From Thermodesulfobacteriota bacterium (GTDB lineage Bacteria; Desulfobacterota; Desulfobacteria; Desulfobacterales; SURF-7), in contig JBMORA010000035.1 in assembly GCA_049320885.1 (NCBI GenBank), forward strand, positions 1 through 64,000: DNA of 64,000 bases, in the 5' to 3' direction. This document shows positions 18,750-28,564 of this stretch, one piece after another. Made by a program: the position numbers and the translations under genes. How positions within the stretch are numbered: the first letter of the stretch is position 1; every line of letters starts with the position of its first letter. A model generated the notes under the pieces. It worked only from the letters and a program-made list of their open reading frames with translations. It searched no databases and was not told where the DNA came from.

Positions 18750-20159
18750 TCAAAGGCCGGTGCCGCGGCCTTCATAAATCCGGCGCCTGGCCGCGGCCGA
18801 AGCAGCCAGCACATCTACGTGGACGTCGACATAATCGTAAATCCGGGCTTGGTTTTTGCCGGGAGCCGTCCGCATGACACGGCCCATGTACTGGATCACC
18901 CGGCCGCTGAATTTGATGGGGGTGGAAAGGAAGAGGGTGGACAGGTTCGGGCAGTCGAACCCTTCGCCGATGAGCTGGCCCGTGGCGATCAGGACGGAGG
19001 CCTCCCCGCTGTTCAGCCGGTGGACGATCCGCTTGCGCTCATCCGGCGGAACCGCGCCGGTGAGCAGTTCCGCATCGATTTTAAAGCGATATTTCAAAAC
19101 GGCCTTCAGGTTTTCGCAATGGGCCCTGCGGTCGGACAATACCAGGCAGACGCCGGCGTTTTGCCCGGCCTCCCGGGCGATATCGCCGGCGATGAGCAGG
19201 TTGCGCGGGCCGTCGGCGGTCAGTTCCGACAGCATGCGGCTGTATTCGGCCACGGGATCGAAATGCGACCGGAAATCCGTTTCGCGAAAGACGACATCGG
19301 CCTGGAGAATTCTGCCGTCGTGGACCAGACGGGCCTGGTTCACCGTATGATGAACATCTCCCAGATACCAGAAGATCAGCTGGGACAGGTTGTCCCTGCG
19401 AAAGGGAGTGGCGCTCAATCCCAGCATGTAGCGGGAGTCGAAGGCGCTGACGGCCTCGGTGAATGTGCGGCTCGGGCAGCGGTGGCTTTCATCCACGATC
19501 AAAAAACCGGTTTGGGCCGCCATGTCGTCGGCGCATTTATAGAGGGACTGCACCAGGGCCACGGTGACGGCCCTACCCGGTTTTTTCCGGCCGCCGCCGA
19601 TCAGGCCGATTTCCTCTTTTTCCATCCCCAGGAAGTCCCGGATGCGCGCTGTCCATTGGTCGGCGAGTTCCCTGGTATGCACCACCACCATGGCCGGCTG
19701 CCGGCGCCGGGCGATCATCTGGAGGGCGATGATGGTTTTACCCGAACCGGTGGGGGCGCACAGTACGCCGAAATCTTTGGAAACCATGGCGTCGGCGGCC
19801 TGCTGCTGAAATGGCTGGAGCCGTCCGTGAAAGGTGAAGTCCACGGGGGGCAGGGTCCTGCGGTTGTCGATGAGGTCATGGGGAATCCCCTTTTCCCGGC
19901 AGAGCCGGATCAGGTGACGGATGTAGCCCCGGGGCGCCAGCAGGCCGCCGTCGCGGAGTTTGGTGTAATAATGCAGTTCCCTGGGCACCCCCCGGTTCCA
20001 TCGGCCCATCCGCGTGTTTTCGAGCCACCGGGGGTTCGGAACGCTGAGGGAGTCCATCAGTTCCTGCCGGATTTCCGGAGAAAGATCCGTCAGCCGGATA
20101 TGGTTGGTCAATGTGATCTTCAAGCCGGGAATTCCTTTGAACCAGGGTTGCCGGATCAT
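18750..20159 (-). CDS. Superfamily II DEAD/DEAH-box helicase
   Basis: APTGSGKT, DESH, LSATP, QYMGRVMR. True start may be the TTG at 20123. Confidence 0.88.
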   Translation of the reverse strand: MIRQPWFKGIPGLKITLTNHIRLTDLSPEIRQELMDSLSVPNPRWLENTRMGRWNRGVPRELHYYTKLRDGGLLAPRGYIRHLIRLCREKGIPHDLIDNRRTLPPVDFTFHGRLQPFQQQAADAMVSKDFGVLCAPTGSGKTIIALQMIARRRQPAMVVVHTRELADQWTARIRDFLGMEKEEIGLIGGGRKKPGRAVTVALVQSLYKCADDMAAQTGFLIVDESHRCPSRTFTEAVSAFDSRYMLGLSATPFRRDNLSQLIFWYLGDVHHTVNQARLVHDGRILQADVVFRETDFRSHFDPVAEYSRMLSELTADGPRNLLIAGDIAREAGQNAGVCLVLSDRRAHCENLKAVLKYRFKIDAELLTGAVPPDERKRIVHRLNSGEASVLIATGQLIGEGFDCPNLSTLFLSTPIKFSGRVIQYMGRVMRTAPGKNQARIYDYVDVHVDVLAASAAARRRIYEGRGTGL

Positions 20160-20442
20160 TTCGCTTGTACCTCAGTCCGGGCGGCTCCGCAAGTCATGGT
20201 TTCCCGGACGGCAATTGGGGTACCCGGCGGCTCATGGATTGCGGGATTGACCTCGGCCGGTTTTTTTATGTATAGAAGGATTGAATCCAAATGGAATATG
20301 TATTATTGATTACAGGATGTTTTTTCGTGCCGCCGCTTCTTTTCACCGACCGGCCCGAAAGGGCGTTACGGGAGACGGATCATTTGCGGATTCAGGGCTG
20401 ATGCGGCCCAACCATTCAGACTTGACAGAGGGTACCGGTAGC

Positions 20443-22887
20443 ATGATGCACAAAATTCTGTTCGTGGATATGGATACGTCCACATTGAATGCGTTTTCCG
20501 GGATGCTGAAAGCCCATCCCGACAAATTTGAAATCCTGACGGTGGGCAATGCCCGGGAGGTACCCAATGTCGTCAGCGGGATGAAGATCAGCATGATCCT
20601 CATCGACCTGAAAATGCCGGATGTCGATGACCTGGAATTTTTGGGCTACATGAGTAAAAACTATCCGAAAATTCCCATGATCGTCATGACCGCCTTCGGT
20701 GCTCCCGATATCGAGGAAAAAATCCGATCCTTCGGTACCTGCCGGTATTATGAAAAACCGGTGGATATCGATCAGTTAATGGAGAAAATTCTGGAGGAAC
20801 TGGATACCGCGGTGGGCGGGCAGATCCACGGCATCGGGCTTTCCTCGTTTCTGCAGATGTCGGAAATGGAAAAAACCACCTGCAAATTGAAGATCCGGTT
20901 CGGGGACCAGGTCGGGTTTCTGTATCTCCACAAGGGACAATTGGTGGATGCCCAGCTCGGCGCCAAGGAAGGGCAGGAGGCGGCCTTTGAAATCATCAGC
21001 TGGGAAAATACCGCCATTGAAATTGAAAAATCCGGGGGGAAACGAAAGAAAACCATCACCATGCCGCTCATGAACATCTTGATGGAGGGCTTGCGCATCA
21101 AGGATGAGCGGGAGGCGCTGAAAAAGAAAGCGGAAAAGGAGGCCACCAAGACCGCCTCGGCCGCCAGAAAAAAAACCGTGGAAGCGGCATTGGAAATGGA
21201 AGCCGCCGGACAAGCGGCGAAACCGACCTCAGCCCAGCCGCCGAAACCGGTGGCGGAGCCGAAAGCCGAGGCGCCGGCCGAAAAGCCCGACCTCCGGGAG
21301 GATAAGGGAAAAGCGGACGGAACCGCCGCCTTGAAACGGAAACGTAACATTCGCACCGTAATGGCGGTGGCCTGTGGAGTGATCGTGATCCTGTCGGTTG
21401 CGGGCGTTGTCATCTATAAAAAAATCATTCAGCCGCAAATCATGGAACGGGATTACCGAAAACTGCTGGTGGAAGTCGGCAAGCAGGTTACGCTGGAAGA
21501 GAAGGAATTGCTGCTCCAGACCTATGTGGATGTCCACGACCAGAGTCCCTATGCGCCGGAGATTCGAAACAAAATCGCCGAAATCCGGAATCTGTTTCAG
21601 GAACGGGATTTTGAGGAGGCGGTTGCCAAGGTGGAAAAACTGCCCTTGGACAAGGACTACAAAACCCTGGCTTCCGCGACCTATCAAAGCTATCTGGATA
21701 AATATCCCCGGGGCTCCCACGCGGCGGAAATCCGGCAGCGTCTGGACGCCGTCACGGCCATGATGGAGGAGCATGAATTCAAGGCCCTTTCGGAAATCCC
21801 CGCCGACCGTCTGGAACAGCGGATCAAGGCGTATCAGGCCTATCTGAAGGACTATCCCCAGGGCAAACATCGCGGGGAAGTCAATCAGTTGATAAAAGCC
21901 GCGGGCAGAAGTTATTATGAAGTCCTGAAAAAAGCGTCCGAGGACTGCGCGCAGAAAAAGCAATGGGCTGTCTGCATCAAGAGAATCGACGCCTTTCTGG
22001 CCACCTTCCCGCACCAGGACGGCATGAAGGAGATCCTTGCGCTGAAAACGGAATTGCGCGGTGATCAGGTCATGTCCGCGCTGAAAACCAAGGCGGAAAA
22101 AACCGGTCCGGATCCGGCGCGGGCCAGAAGCGTTTATCTGGAATATCTGACCGCGAACCCCGATACCCCCCTGACCCCGCGTATTCAGGCGGAGATCGGA
22201 AACCTCGAAAAGAAAATCAAGGAAGACAATATCTGGAAGGAGATGCAGCGATACAGCCAGGATCGGAAAATCGACATTTTTGAGCGGATCGCCAGATTCG
22301 GGGCGTATATGGACGATAAAGCCTCCATCCGGTATCGCCGGGAGGCGGCCGGTATTTTCAAGGTGCTGGAAAAGGAGAAACAGCAGGAAGTCGCCCGCCG
22401 CAAGCTGAAGGCGGAAGAGAAAAAGAGGGAGGCGTCGCGGCAGCTGGCTCTTGAGAAGGAAAGGGTGAGAATCCGGAAAGCCACCGACCGGATGACCGCC
22501 GAACTGGCCAAATCCGCCGGGCGTTATACCGTCAACGGCGACGGCACGGTCACGGACACCAAAACCGGTTTGATGTGGCAGCTGCTGGATTCCAATACAG
22601 TGTTGCGGGAATGCCTGGATTACGAAGAAGCCAAAGCCTATGTGAATCATCTGGACACCGGCGGCTATCAGGATTGGCGCCTGCCGAACACCAATGACCT
22701 CCTGGTGATGTTAAACAACCCGCCGTATTTTCCGGACAGCGCTATTGAGTGGTACTGGACGTCCGAATCCTACTGGAAGGGGTTTCATACAATGGTCAAG
22801 ATCGTTCGTCAGGCGAAGAAAAACAGCTGGCAGCGGGAGGAGATCGAGATGGACAGATGCGGTGTCGTCCGGGCCGTGCGGCCTTGA
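20443..22887 (+). CDS. REC-DUF4388-TM-helical repeats-DUF1566 (Lcl C-terminal) protein
   Basis: REC (IDLKMP, MTA, YEKP); FLQMSEMEKTTCKL DUF4388-like; TM helix; YxxYLxxYP repeats; NGDGTVTDTKTGLMWQ...GGYQDWRLP...VRAVR. Confidence 0.8.
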   Translation: MMHKILFVDMDTSTLNAFSGMLKAHPDKFEILTVGNAREVPNVVSGMKISMILIDLKMPDVDDLEFLGYMSKNYPKIPMIVMTAFGAPDIEEKIRSFGTCRYYEKPVDIDQLMEKILEELDTAVGGQIHGIGLSSFLQMSEMEKTTCKLKIRFGDQVGFLYLHKGQLVDAQLGAKEGQEAAFEIISWENTAIEIEKSGGKRKKTITMPLMNILMEGLRIKDEREALKKKAEKEATKTASAARKKTVEAALEMEAAGQAAKPTSAQPPKPVAEPKAEAPAEKPDLREDKGKADGTAALKRKRNIRTVMAVACGVIVILSVAGVVIYKKIIQPQIMERDYRKLLVEVGKQVTLEEKELLLQTYVDVHDQSPYAPEIRNKIAEIRNLFQERDFEEAVAKVEKLPLDKDYKTLASATYQSYLDKYPRGSHAAEIRQRLDAVTAMMEEHEFKALSEIPADRLEQRIKAYQAYLKDYPQGKHRGEVNQLIKAAGRSYYEVLKKASEDCAQKKQWAVCIKRIDAFLATFPHQDGMKEILALKTELRGDQVMSALKTKAEKTGPDPARARSVYLEYLTANPDTPLTPRIQAEIGNLEKKIKEDNIWKEMQRYSQDRKIDIFERIARFGAYMDDKASIRYRREAAGIFKVLEKEKQQEVARRKLKAEEKKREASRQLALEKERVRIRKATDRMTAELAKSAGRYTVNGDGTVTDTKTGLMWQLLDSNTVLRECLDYEEAKAYVNHLDTGGYQDWRLPNTNDLLVMLNNPPYFPDSAIEWYWTSESYWKGFHTMVKIVRQAKKNSWQREEIEMDRCGVVRAVRP

Positions 22888-22937
22888 CGGCGATGGTTTT
22901 CTTGACAAGACGCCGAACTTCTGCTAACTGGGACGGT

Positions 22938-23033
22938 ATGCTGAGACACAACCGTACTCCATATCAGGCAACCTTTTTTCGATATTTCGGCTTTTTCGGC
23001 AAAAGCCTTGGCCCTCTGGATGGTGGTGTGTAG
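22938..23033 (+). CDS. Putative Phe/Tyr-rich attenuator leader peptide (31 aa)
   Basis: MLRHNRTPYQATFFRYFGFFGKSLGPLDGGV*; 5 Phe and 2 Tyr clustered; downstream of TTGACA (22902) and upstream of aromatic amino acid genes. Confidence 0.7.
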   Translation: MLRHNRTPYQATFFRYFGFFGKSLGPLDGGV

Positions 23034-23055
23034 GTAGAAAACGATACAACAAGTC

Positions 23056-23093
23056 AAGGGGCCGCGGGTGGGATAACCGGCGGCCCTTTTTTT
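23056..23093 (+). terminator. Intrinsic terminator (attenuator) before aroA'
   Basis: GC stem GGGCCGC...GCGGCCC followed by a T run, 25 nt before the aldolase start. Confidence 0.8.
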
Positions 23094-23118
23094 ATGAATT
23101 CATATCCAGGGAGGAAAC

Positions 23119-23922
23119 ATGCATCTTGGAAAATCAGTCAGGCTGGAACGGATTTTTAACCGCAACACCAAAAAGACCATTATCGTGCCGCTGGATCACG
23201 GTGTAAGCGTCGGTCCGATTGTCGGCGTGGTGGATTTGCGGGATACGGTGGACAAGGTGGCCGAGGGCGGCGCGAATGCCGTTCTGATGCATAAGGGGTT
23301 GCCCCGGCGCACCCATCGAGGCCATGGCCGGGATATCGGATTGATCATTCACCTGTCCGCCAGCACGGACCTGTCCCCGTTTCCCAACGCCAAAACCCTG
23401 GTGGGGGATGTGGAGGACGCCATCCGGCTGGGGGCCGACGCTGTTTCCGTGCATGTCAACCTGGGGGATGAGACCGAACGCAACATGCTGGGGGAATTCG
23501 GCAGGATCACTTCCCGTGCCAATAATTGGGGGATGCCGGTCCTGGCCATGGTGTACGCCCGCGGACCGAAAATCAAGAACGGCTTTGATACGGAAGTGGT
23601 CAAACACTGCGCCCGGCTGGGAGAGGAAATCGGGGCGGATGTGGTCAAGGTGCCCTTCACCGGCGACAGCGAGTCTTTCAGCACCGTCGTGGAAGGCTGC
23701 GAGATACCGGTGGTCATTGCCGGCGGGCCGAAAATGGACAATCAGCAGGACATCCTGCAAATGGCCTATGATTCCATCCAGGCCGGTGGCGCCGGATTGT
23801 CCGTGGGCAGGAATATTTTCCAGGCGGAAAATCCGAGCCGGCTGGTCCGGGCCCTGCACGGCATTGTTCACGAAAGCTGGAGCGTGAATCAAGCCCTGGC
23901 CTTTCTGGAGGATAAGGTCTGA
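23119..23922 (+). CDS. 2-amino-3,7-dideoxy-D-threo-hept-6-ulosonate synthase (AroA'-type class I aldolase)
   Basis: [25 protein letters not shown] (Schiff-base Lys), AGGPK, VGRNIFQ; next to pheA. Confidence 0.85.
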   Translation: MHLGKSVRLERIFNRNTKKTIIVPLDHGVSVGPIVGVVDLRDTVDKVAEGGANAVLMHKGLPRRTHRGHGRDIGLIIHLSASTDLSPFPNAKTLVGDVEDAIRLGADAVSVHVNLGDETERNMLGEFGRITSRANNWGMPVLAMVYARGPKIKNGFDTEVVKHCARLGEEIGADVVKVPFTGDSESFSTVVEGCEIPVVIAGGPKMDNQQDILQMAYDSIQAGGAGLSVGRNIFQAENPSRLVRALHGIVHESWSVNQALAFLEDKV

Positions 23923-23953
23923 TGATATCCTGCAAGTAGAAAAGGAATACCCG

Positions 23954-25090
23954 ATGAGCGCCGATCCCATGGAAACGGCAGCCCGATCCCCGGAAACCGA
24001 AGGGGCCAGTGTCCGGCTGGCGGAGATCCGCAAGGAACTCGATAAACTGGATAGCCATATTCTCGATCTGTTGAATCAACGGGCCGCGCTTTGCCGGGAA
24101 GTGGGCCGGCTCAAGACCGAATCCCGGGAGAGTGTTTACAAGCCGTTTCGCGAGAAGGAAGTCCTGCGGGCGTTGATCCGGAAGAATGCCGGTGTCCTTC
24201 CGGACGACCATCTGCTGGCTATTTACCGGGAGATCCTGTCCTCGTCCCGCCGGCTGCAGCAGCCCCAGACCATCGTCTACCTGGGACCGGAAGGCACGTT
24301 TTCCTATTTCGCCGGCGTGGAATACCTCGGCCGCAGCGCCGAGTTCAGGCCCTGCATGACGCTCCGGGAAGTGTTCAAATCCGTTTTTACCCGGGAAGCC
24401 CAGCTCGGGATCATTCCCCTGGAAAATTCACTCCAGGGAACCGTCGGTCAATGTCTGGATCTGTTCCTGGAGCATGATGTCCATATTCAGGCGGAGGTGT
24501 TCTGCAAGATCAGTCATGCCCTGCTCAGCCCGGAAAAATCGATGGCCGTCATCCGCCGGGTGTATTCCCATCCCCAGGCCCTGGAACAATGCTCCAACTG
24601 GCTGCGGATTCATCTGCCGGAAGCGAGCATCGTGCCTACGGAAAGCACCGCCGCCGCCGCCCGGAAAGTGATCGATGCGGACGGCTGCGCCGCCATCGGG
24701 CATGAGAAGCTCGCCGACATGCTCGGACTGAATATCCTCTCCAGGCAGATCGAGGACCTGCCCGACAACTGGACCCGCTTCATGATCATCGGCGCGGCCC
24801 CTCCGGAAGGCGGGAGTCAGGACAAGACCTCCCTGTTGTTCACGCTGCCCGATAAATCCGGCGCCCTGGTCCGGGTGTTGACCCTGCTGGCCCGCCGCAA
24901 CATCAACATGAAAAAACTGGAATCGCGTCCCTTGCGGGCCGAAAAATGGCAATATGTGTTTTTCGCGGATGTGGAATGCGACCTCTCCAGTGATGAATAC
25001 GGTGAACTGAAACGTGAGCTGGCGGAAAATTGCCACAGCCTGAGAATATTGGGCAGCTATCCCGCCGGCCGTCATTTGTTTCGCGTCTGA
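23954..25090 (+). CDS. pheA: Chorismate mutase / prephenate dehydratase
   Basis: CM domain IRKELDKLD; YLGPEGTFS, SHPQALEQC, NWTRF, LESRP. Confidence 0.95.
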   Translation: MSADPMETAARSPETEGASVRLAEIRKELDKLDSHILDLLNQRAALCREVGRLKTESRESVYKPFREKEVLRALIRKNAGVLPDDHLLAIYREILSSSRRLQQPQTIVYLGPEGTFSYFAGVEYLGRSAEFRPCMTLREVFKSVFTREAQLGIIPLENSLQGTVGQCLDLFLEHDVHIQAEVFCKISHALLSPEKSMAVIRRVYSHPQALEQCSNWLRIHLPEASIVPTESTAAAARKVIDADGCAAIGHEKLADMLGLNILSRQIEDLPDNWTRFMIIGAAPPEGGSQDKTSLLFTLPDKSGALVRVLTLLARRNINMKKLESRPLRAEKWQYVFFADVECDLSSDEYGELKRELAENCHSLRILGSYPAGRHLFRV

Positions 25091-25206
25091 TACGGTTATT
25101 AAAAAAAATCAATTTCTTGGCTTGACCATGCCATGGTCTTGGGGTATAGCTGACCGGGGTGTCCTGGATTCCGATTCCGCGAAAGGGATGCGTTCCGGGG
25201 CGGGGA

Positions 25207-25640
25207 TGAGAAAAACGCTGGATAGCCGGGCGGTTGCGACACAATTCAGGCAGAGGAGGGGCGCCATCATACCGAACGTAAAAATAGCCGTTGTCGATGA
25301 TGACAAGCCTACCCGCGAATTTGTCGCGAATGTACTCATGTATTGCGTCAACCGCGTCGTTCTGGCTTTTGAAAACGGCGCGGCCCTGTTGGCTCATCTG
25401 GAGGACAGCAACAGCATCGACATTGTTTTGTCGGATGTGGAGATGCCCCAGATGGACGGCCTCACCCTGCTCTCGAAATTCAAGCAGCAGTATCCGGATA
25501 AAATCTGCATTATCATGTCCGGGAACAACGAATATGAAAAGGACGCCAAAAAATTAGGCGCTGATGCATTTCTGGCCAAACCGTTCAAAGTCAACGACCT
25601 GTTCGACATTGTGAAAATGTTTGTAGTCGGGACCCCATAG
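25207..25640 (+). CDS. Single-domain response regulator
   Basis: VVDDD, LSDVEMPQMDG, MSG, LAKPF. Start uncertain (ATG 25207 or non-AUG near 25266). Confidence 0.85.
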
Positions 25641-26777
25641 CCCCTGGGCCGCGTGGGCCTGGAAAAAGGATTGCTGTTCGGTTTCGAGGTCCATTTTCTT
25701 GATTTTTTCCACCAGCGTTGTCCGATTGATTTTCAACATGGCCGCGGCTTTTGCCTTGACCCAGTTCGTCTGGTTGAGGGCGTGCAGAATCAATTGCTTC
25801 TGGAATAGATTGACGGCATGATTGAAACTGATACCGTTCTGAAAGGCCGTGATGGTCTCCTGGGCCGTGTCCGACTGGAACGAACGGATTTTTTCCGGCA
25901 GATCGTTTTTCTGGATCACCGGGTTGTCGATCAGCACGGAGAGCCGCTCCACCAGATTCTCCAGTTCCCGGATATTCCCCGGCCAGTCATATCGCTGCAT
26001 GGCGCCAAGGGCCTCTTTTGAAAAGCGCTTCGAAGATTCCGGCGATGATTGCCCGTCCTCCCGGTTGACCTTCGCAAGAAAATGATCGATGAGCAGCGGG
26101 ATGTCCGATCGGCGTTCCCGCAGGGGCGGCATGTGAATGGGAATGACATTCAGGCGATAATACAGATCCTCCCGGAATTTCCCTTCCTGCATGGCTTTCT
26201 GGAGATTGACATTGGTGGCCGAAATGATACGGACATTCACCCGTATGGTTCTGGAGCCGCCGACTCTTTCAAATTGCTGTTCCTGGATGACCCGCAGCAG
26301 TTTTACCTGCAGACTGGGAGACATCTCGCCGATTTCATCCAGGAAAATCGTTCCTCCGTCCGCCCGTTCAAACCGTCCGATGCGGGTTTGGTGGGCGCCG
26401 GTGAAGGCTCCTTTCTCATGCCCGAACAGTTCGCTTTCCAGCAGCTCGCCGGGAATGGCGCCGCAATTCAAGACAATCAGGGGGTTGTCGCGACGGCTGC
26501 CGGCGGCGTGAATCGCCCGGGCCGCCACTTCCTTGCCGGTGCCACTTTCCCCGGTAATCAAGATGCTGCTGTCCGAAGTCGCCACTTTTTGGATGGTTTC
26601 AAATACCCGCTGAATTTCCAGGCTTTCGCCCACAAAGGATAAGGATGGCGCGGCAGCGTGTTTCCGGGCATTGTGGTTGGTTTGTCTTTCCTGGGGAACA
26701 CCATGGTATCTATGGAGACAGCCGGTTGGCGCAACAGCGATTCCGGCCGGCTGAATTTCCTGTTGGATGGTTGTCAT
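25554..26777 (-). CDS. sigma54-dependent enhancer-binding protein without sensory domain
   Basis: [38 protein letters not shown]-terminal Fis HTH. Confidence 0.93.
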   Translation of the reverse strand: MTTIQQEIQPAGIAVAPTGCLHRYHGVPQERQTNHNARKHAAAPSLSFVGESLEIQRVFETIQKVATSDSSILITGESGTGKEVAARAIHAAGSRRDNPLIVLNCGAIPGELLESELFGHEKGAFTGAHQTRIGRFERADGGTIFLDEIGEMSPSLQVKLLRVIQEQQFERVGGSRTIRVNVRIISATNVNLQKAMQEGKFREDLYYRLNVIPIHMPPLRERRSDIPLLIDHFLAKVNREDGQSSPESSKRFSKEALGAMQRYDWPGNIRELENLVERLSVLIDNPVIQKNDLPEKIRSFQSDTAQETITAFQNGISFNHAVNLFQKQLILHALNQTNWVKAKAAAMLKINRTTLVEKIKKMDLETEQQSFFQAHAAQGLWGPDYKHFHNVEQVVDFERFGQKCISA

Positions 26778-26902
26778 ATCCGTCTCTCCGGGTTGTTAAA
26801 CGGTTATCGAACTGGCTGAAATCCGATGGGTTGCCCCCTTATCGAGCTTGCCGGCCCGCGGGCTGGCGAATCGGGATTCCTCCGGTTTCCGGCTTATATC
26901 CT

Positions 26903-26919
26903 ATCAACTTTTATGCCAA
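26903..26919 (-). promoter_or_regulatory. Putative sigma54 promoter
   Basis: Minus strand TTGGCATAAAAGTTGAT (GG-N10-GA). Confidence 0.6.
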
Positions 26920-27024
26920 ACATTTGACGCCGGCCTTTACGAGTTTAAATCATGAAATCTCAATTGATTAGATTTTGAATGCCCGGTCGGGCGCATGGGC
27001 CGGATGGGACGGATGATGGGAAAA

Positions 27025-27064
27025 TGTCCTGTTCATCAGGACACGCGTCCTGTAAAGAAGGACG
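27025..27064. promoter_or_regulatory. Tandem palindromic enhancer (GTCCT-N7-AGGAC x2)
   Basis: TGTCCTG-TTCAT-CAGGACA and CGTCCT-GTAAAGA-AGGACG, 21 bp apart, about 110-145 bp upstream of the sigma54 site. Confidence 0.65.
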
Positions 27065-27206
27065 TGACCGGCAAACGGTTCTGGAAAATGTTCATGATTA
27101 TGATGTGTTGGGGAAATCGAAAACCAGTGGCGGCGCGTCCTGTAATGGGTGGACTCCGGCGCAGGGGTGTCAAAAAAACAACTTTCAGGGGCCCCCGATT
27201 CCGGAT

Positions 27207-28256
27207 TCAGGGAGTATCCTCGGGTTTGTTTTTCAGTCGTTTTCCCAGGGCCTGCCGGGAGATGCCGAGCATTCGGGCGGCGATGCTTTGATTGCCCTGG
27301 GCGCGCTTCATCGCCTCCTCCACCAGCAGATCCGTCGCCTGTTTGATGGTGGGCAGGTCGCTGGGGAAGAAGACCTGGCCTTCCTTGTCGCCTTCCGTAT
27401 CGCGGTTTTCAAATTTGGCGTTACGTTCTTTTTCCATATGGAATTTGAAGGTTTCCAGGGTGAGAATGCGATCCCGGTGGCGGCTGACGGCATCGAAAAT
27501 CATGGCTTCCAGTTCCCGGATGTTGCCTGGAAAAGAATAGGTGGACAAGAGCGGGATCAATTCCCGGGGGGCGGTGGGTGGTTTCTTCCGCAGATTGTCC
27601 GCGGCTTTTTTCATGAAGTGGTCCACCAGGAGCGGCAAATCGTCCAGCCGGTTGCGCAGGGGCGGTATGTTCATGTGGTGCGTGCGCAACCGGAAGTTCA
27701 AATCCTTCCGGAATTGTCCGGAGCGTTGCTGCACCCACAGGTCCATGTTGGTTGCCGTGACAATCCGGGCGTTTGAATTTTTGGGTTCGTCCTGGCCGAG
27801 GGGCAGGTACTCGTTTTCCTGGATCAGCCGCAGCAGCTTCACCTGGGATGCGGACGTCAGGTCGCCGATTTCGTCCAGAAACAGGGTGCCGAATTTCGCT
27901 TTCTCGATCAGGCCCTGGCGATCCCGGTCCGCTCCGGTGAACGCGCCCCGCACATGCCCGAAAAGGGTGTCGGAAAACACGTTGTCATCCAGCCCGGCGG
28001 CGTTCACGGTCACCAGCCGGCCCCGGGCGCCGCTTGAAATGTGAATGGCCCTGGCGATCAACTCCTTGCCGACTCCGGTTTCCCCCGTGATGAGCACGGG
28101 CTGGGTCGACTGGGAGATGGAACACAGATACTCGAAAATGGCGAGCATCTCCTGATTCCGGGTGATGATCCCGGATTGCAGGCCGAGTTGAACGGCCGCC
28201 GGGCTGACGGCGCCTGTCCGGGTCTGCCGCTGAAGCTGAAATTCGGTAAAGATCAT
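27207..28256 (-). CDS. sigma54-dependent enhancer-binding protein without sensory domain
   Basis: GETGVGKE, DTLFGHVRGAFTGA, FPGNIRELE, HTH GNQSIAARMLGISRQAL. Start uncertain. Confidence 0.9.
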   Translation of the reverse strand: MIFTEFQLQRQTRTGAVSPAAVQLGLQSGIITRNQEMLAIFEYLCSISQSTQPVLITGETGVGKELIARAIHISSGARGRLVTVNAAGLDDNVFSDTLFGHVRGAFTGADRDRQGLIEKAKFGTLFLDEIGDLTSASQVKLLRLIQENEYLPLGQDEPKNSNARIVTATNMDLWVQQRSGQFRKDLNFRLRTHHMNIPPLRNRLDDLPLLVDHFMKKAADNLRKKPPTAPRELIPLLSTYSFPGNIRELEAMIFDAVSRHRDRILTLETFKFHMEKERNAKFENRDTEGDKEGQVFFPSDLPTIKQATDLLVEEAMKRAQGNQSIAARMLGISRQALGKRLKNKPEDTP

Positions 28257-28442
28257 AGGGAGCTCTTTTTGGCAACGCTGCCGGAATGTTGTTGGTATTG
28301 GTGTCGTTTGGGACCGGATCACGAGCCAGGATGCAGGAGCGGTGAAAAAACGGCCGCCGCTTCAGCGGGGCCTGTTGGCTCATTCGAAGGCAGTATAGTC
28401 TTTATTGGCTTGGATGTAAAGTGGCTTGGCCGGAAGGTTCCA

Positions 28443-28498
28443 TTCATCCGTGTTCATCCGAGGTTCCTTATTATTATCCACAGATGAACACAGATGAA
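28443..28498. repeat. Hairpin built of 9-bp-period repeats (ACAGATGAA family)
   Basis: ttcatccgtgttcatccgagg - 14 nt loop - ccacagatgaacacagatgaa (18/21 complementary). Confidence 0.8.
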
Positions 28499-28564
28499 AA
28501 GCGACCCGGCTTTGGGATACCGAGCGGAACAACACCCTGCGGTTATCCCGATTCGGCGCATGGG

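Noticed and set aside
973..22887. Diversity-generating retroelement (Avd-like four-helix protein plus DUF1566 target-type domain)
   Set aside because: No reverse transcriptase and no TR/VR pair seen; the genes are about 19 kb apart.
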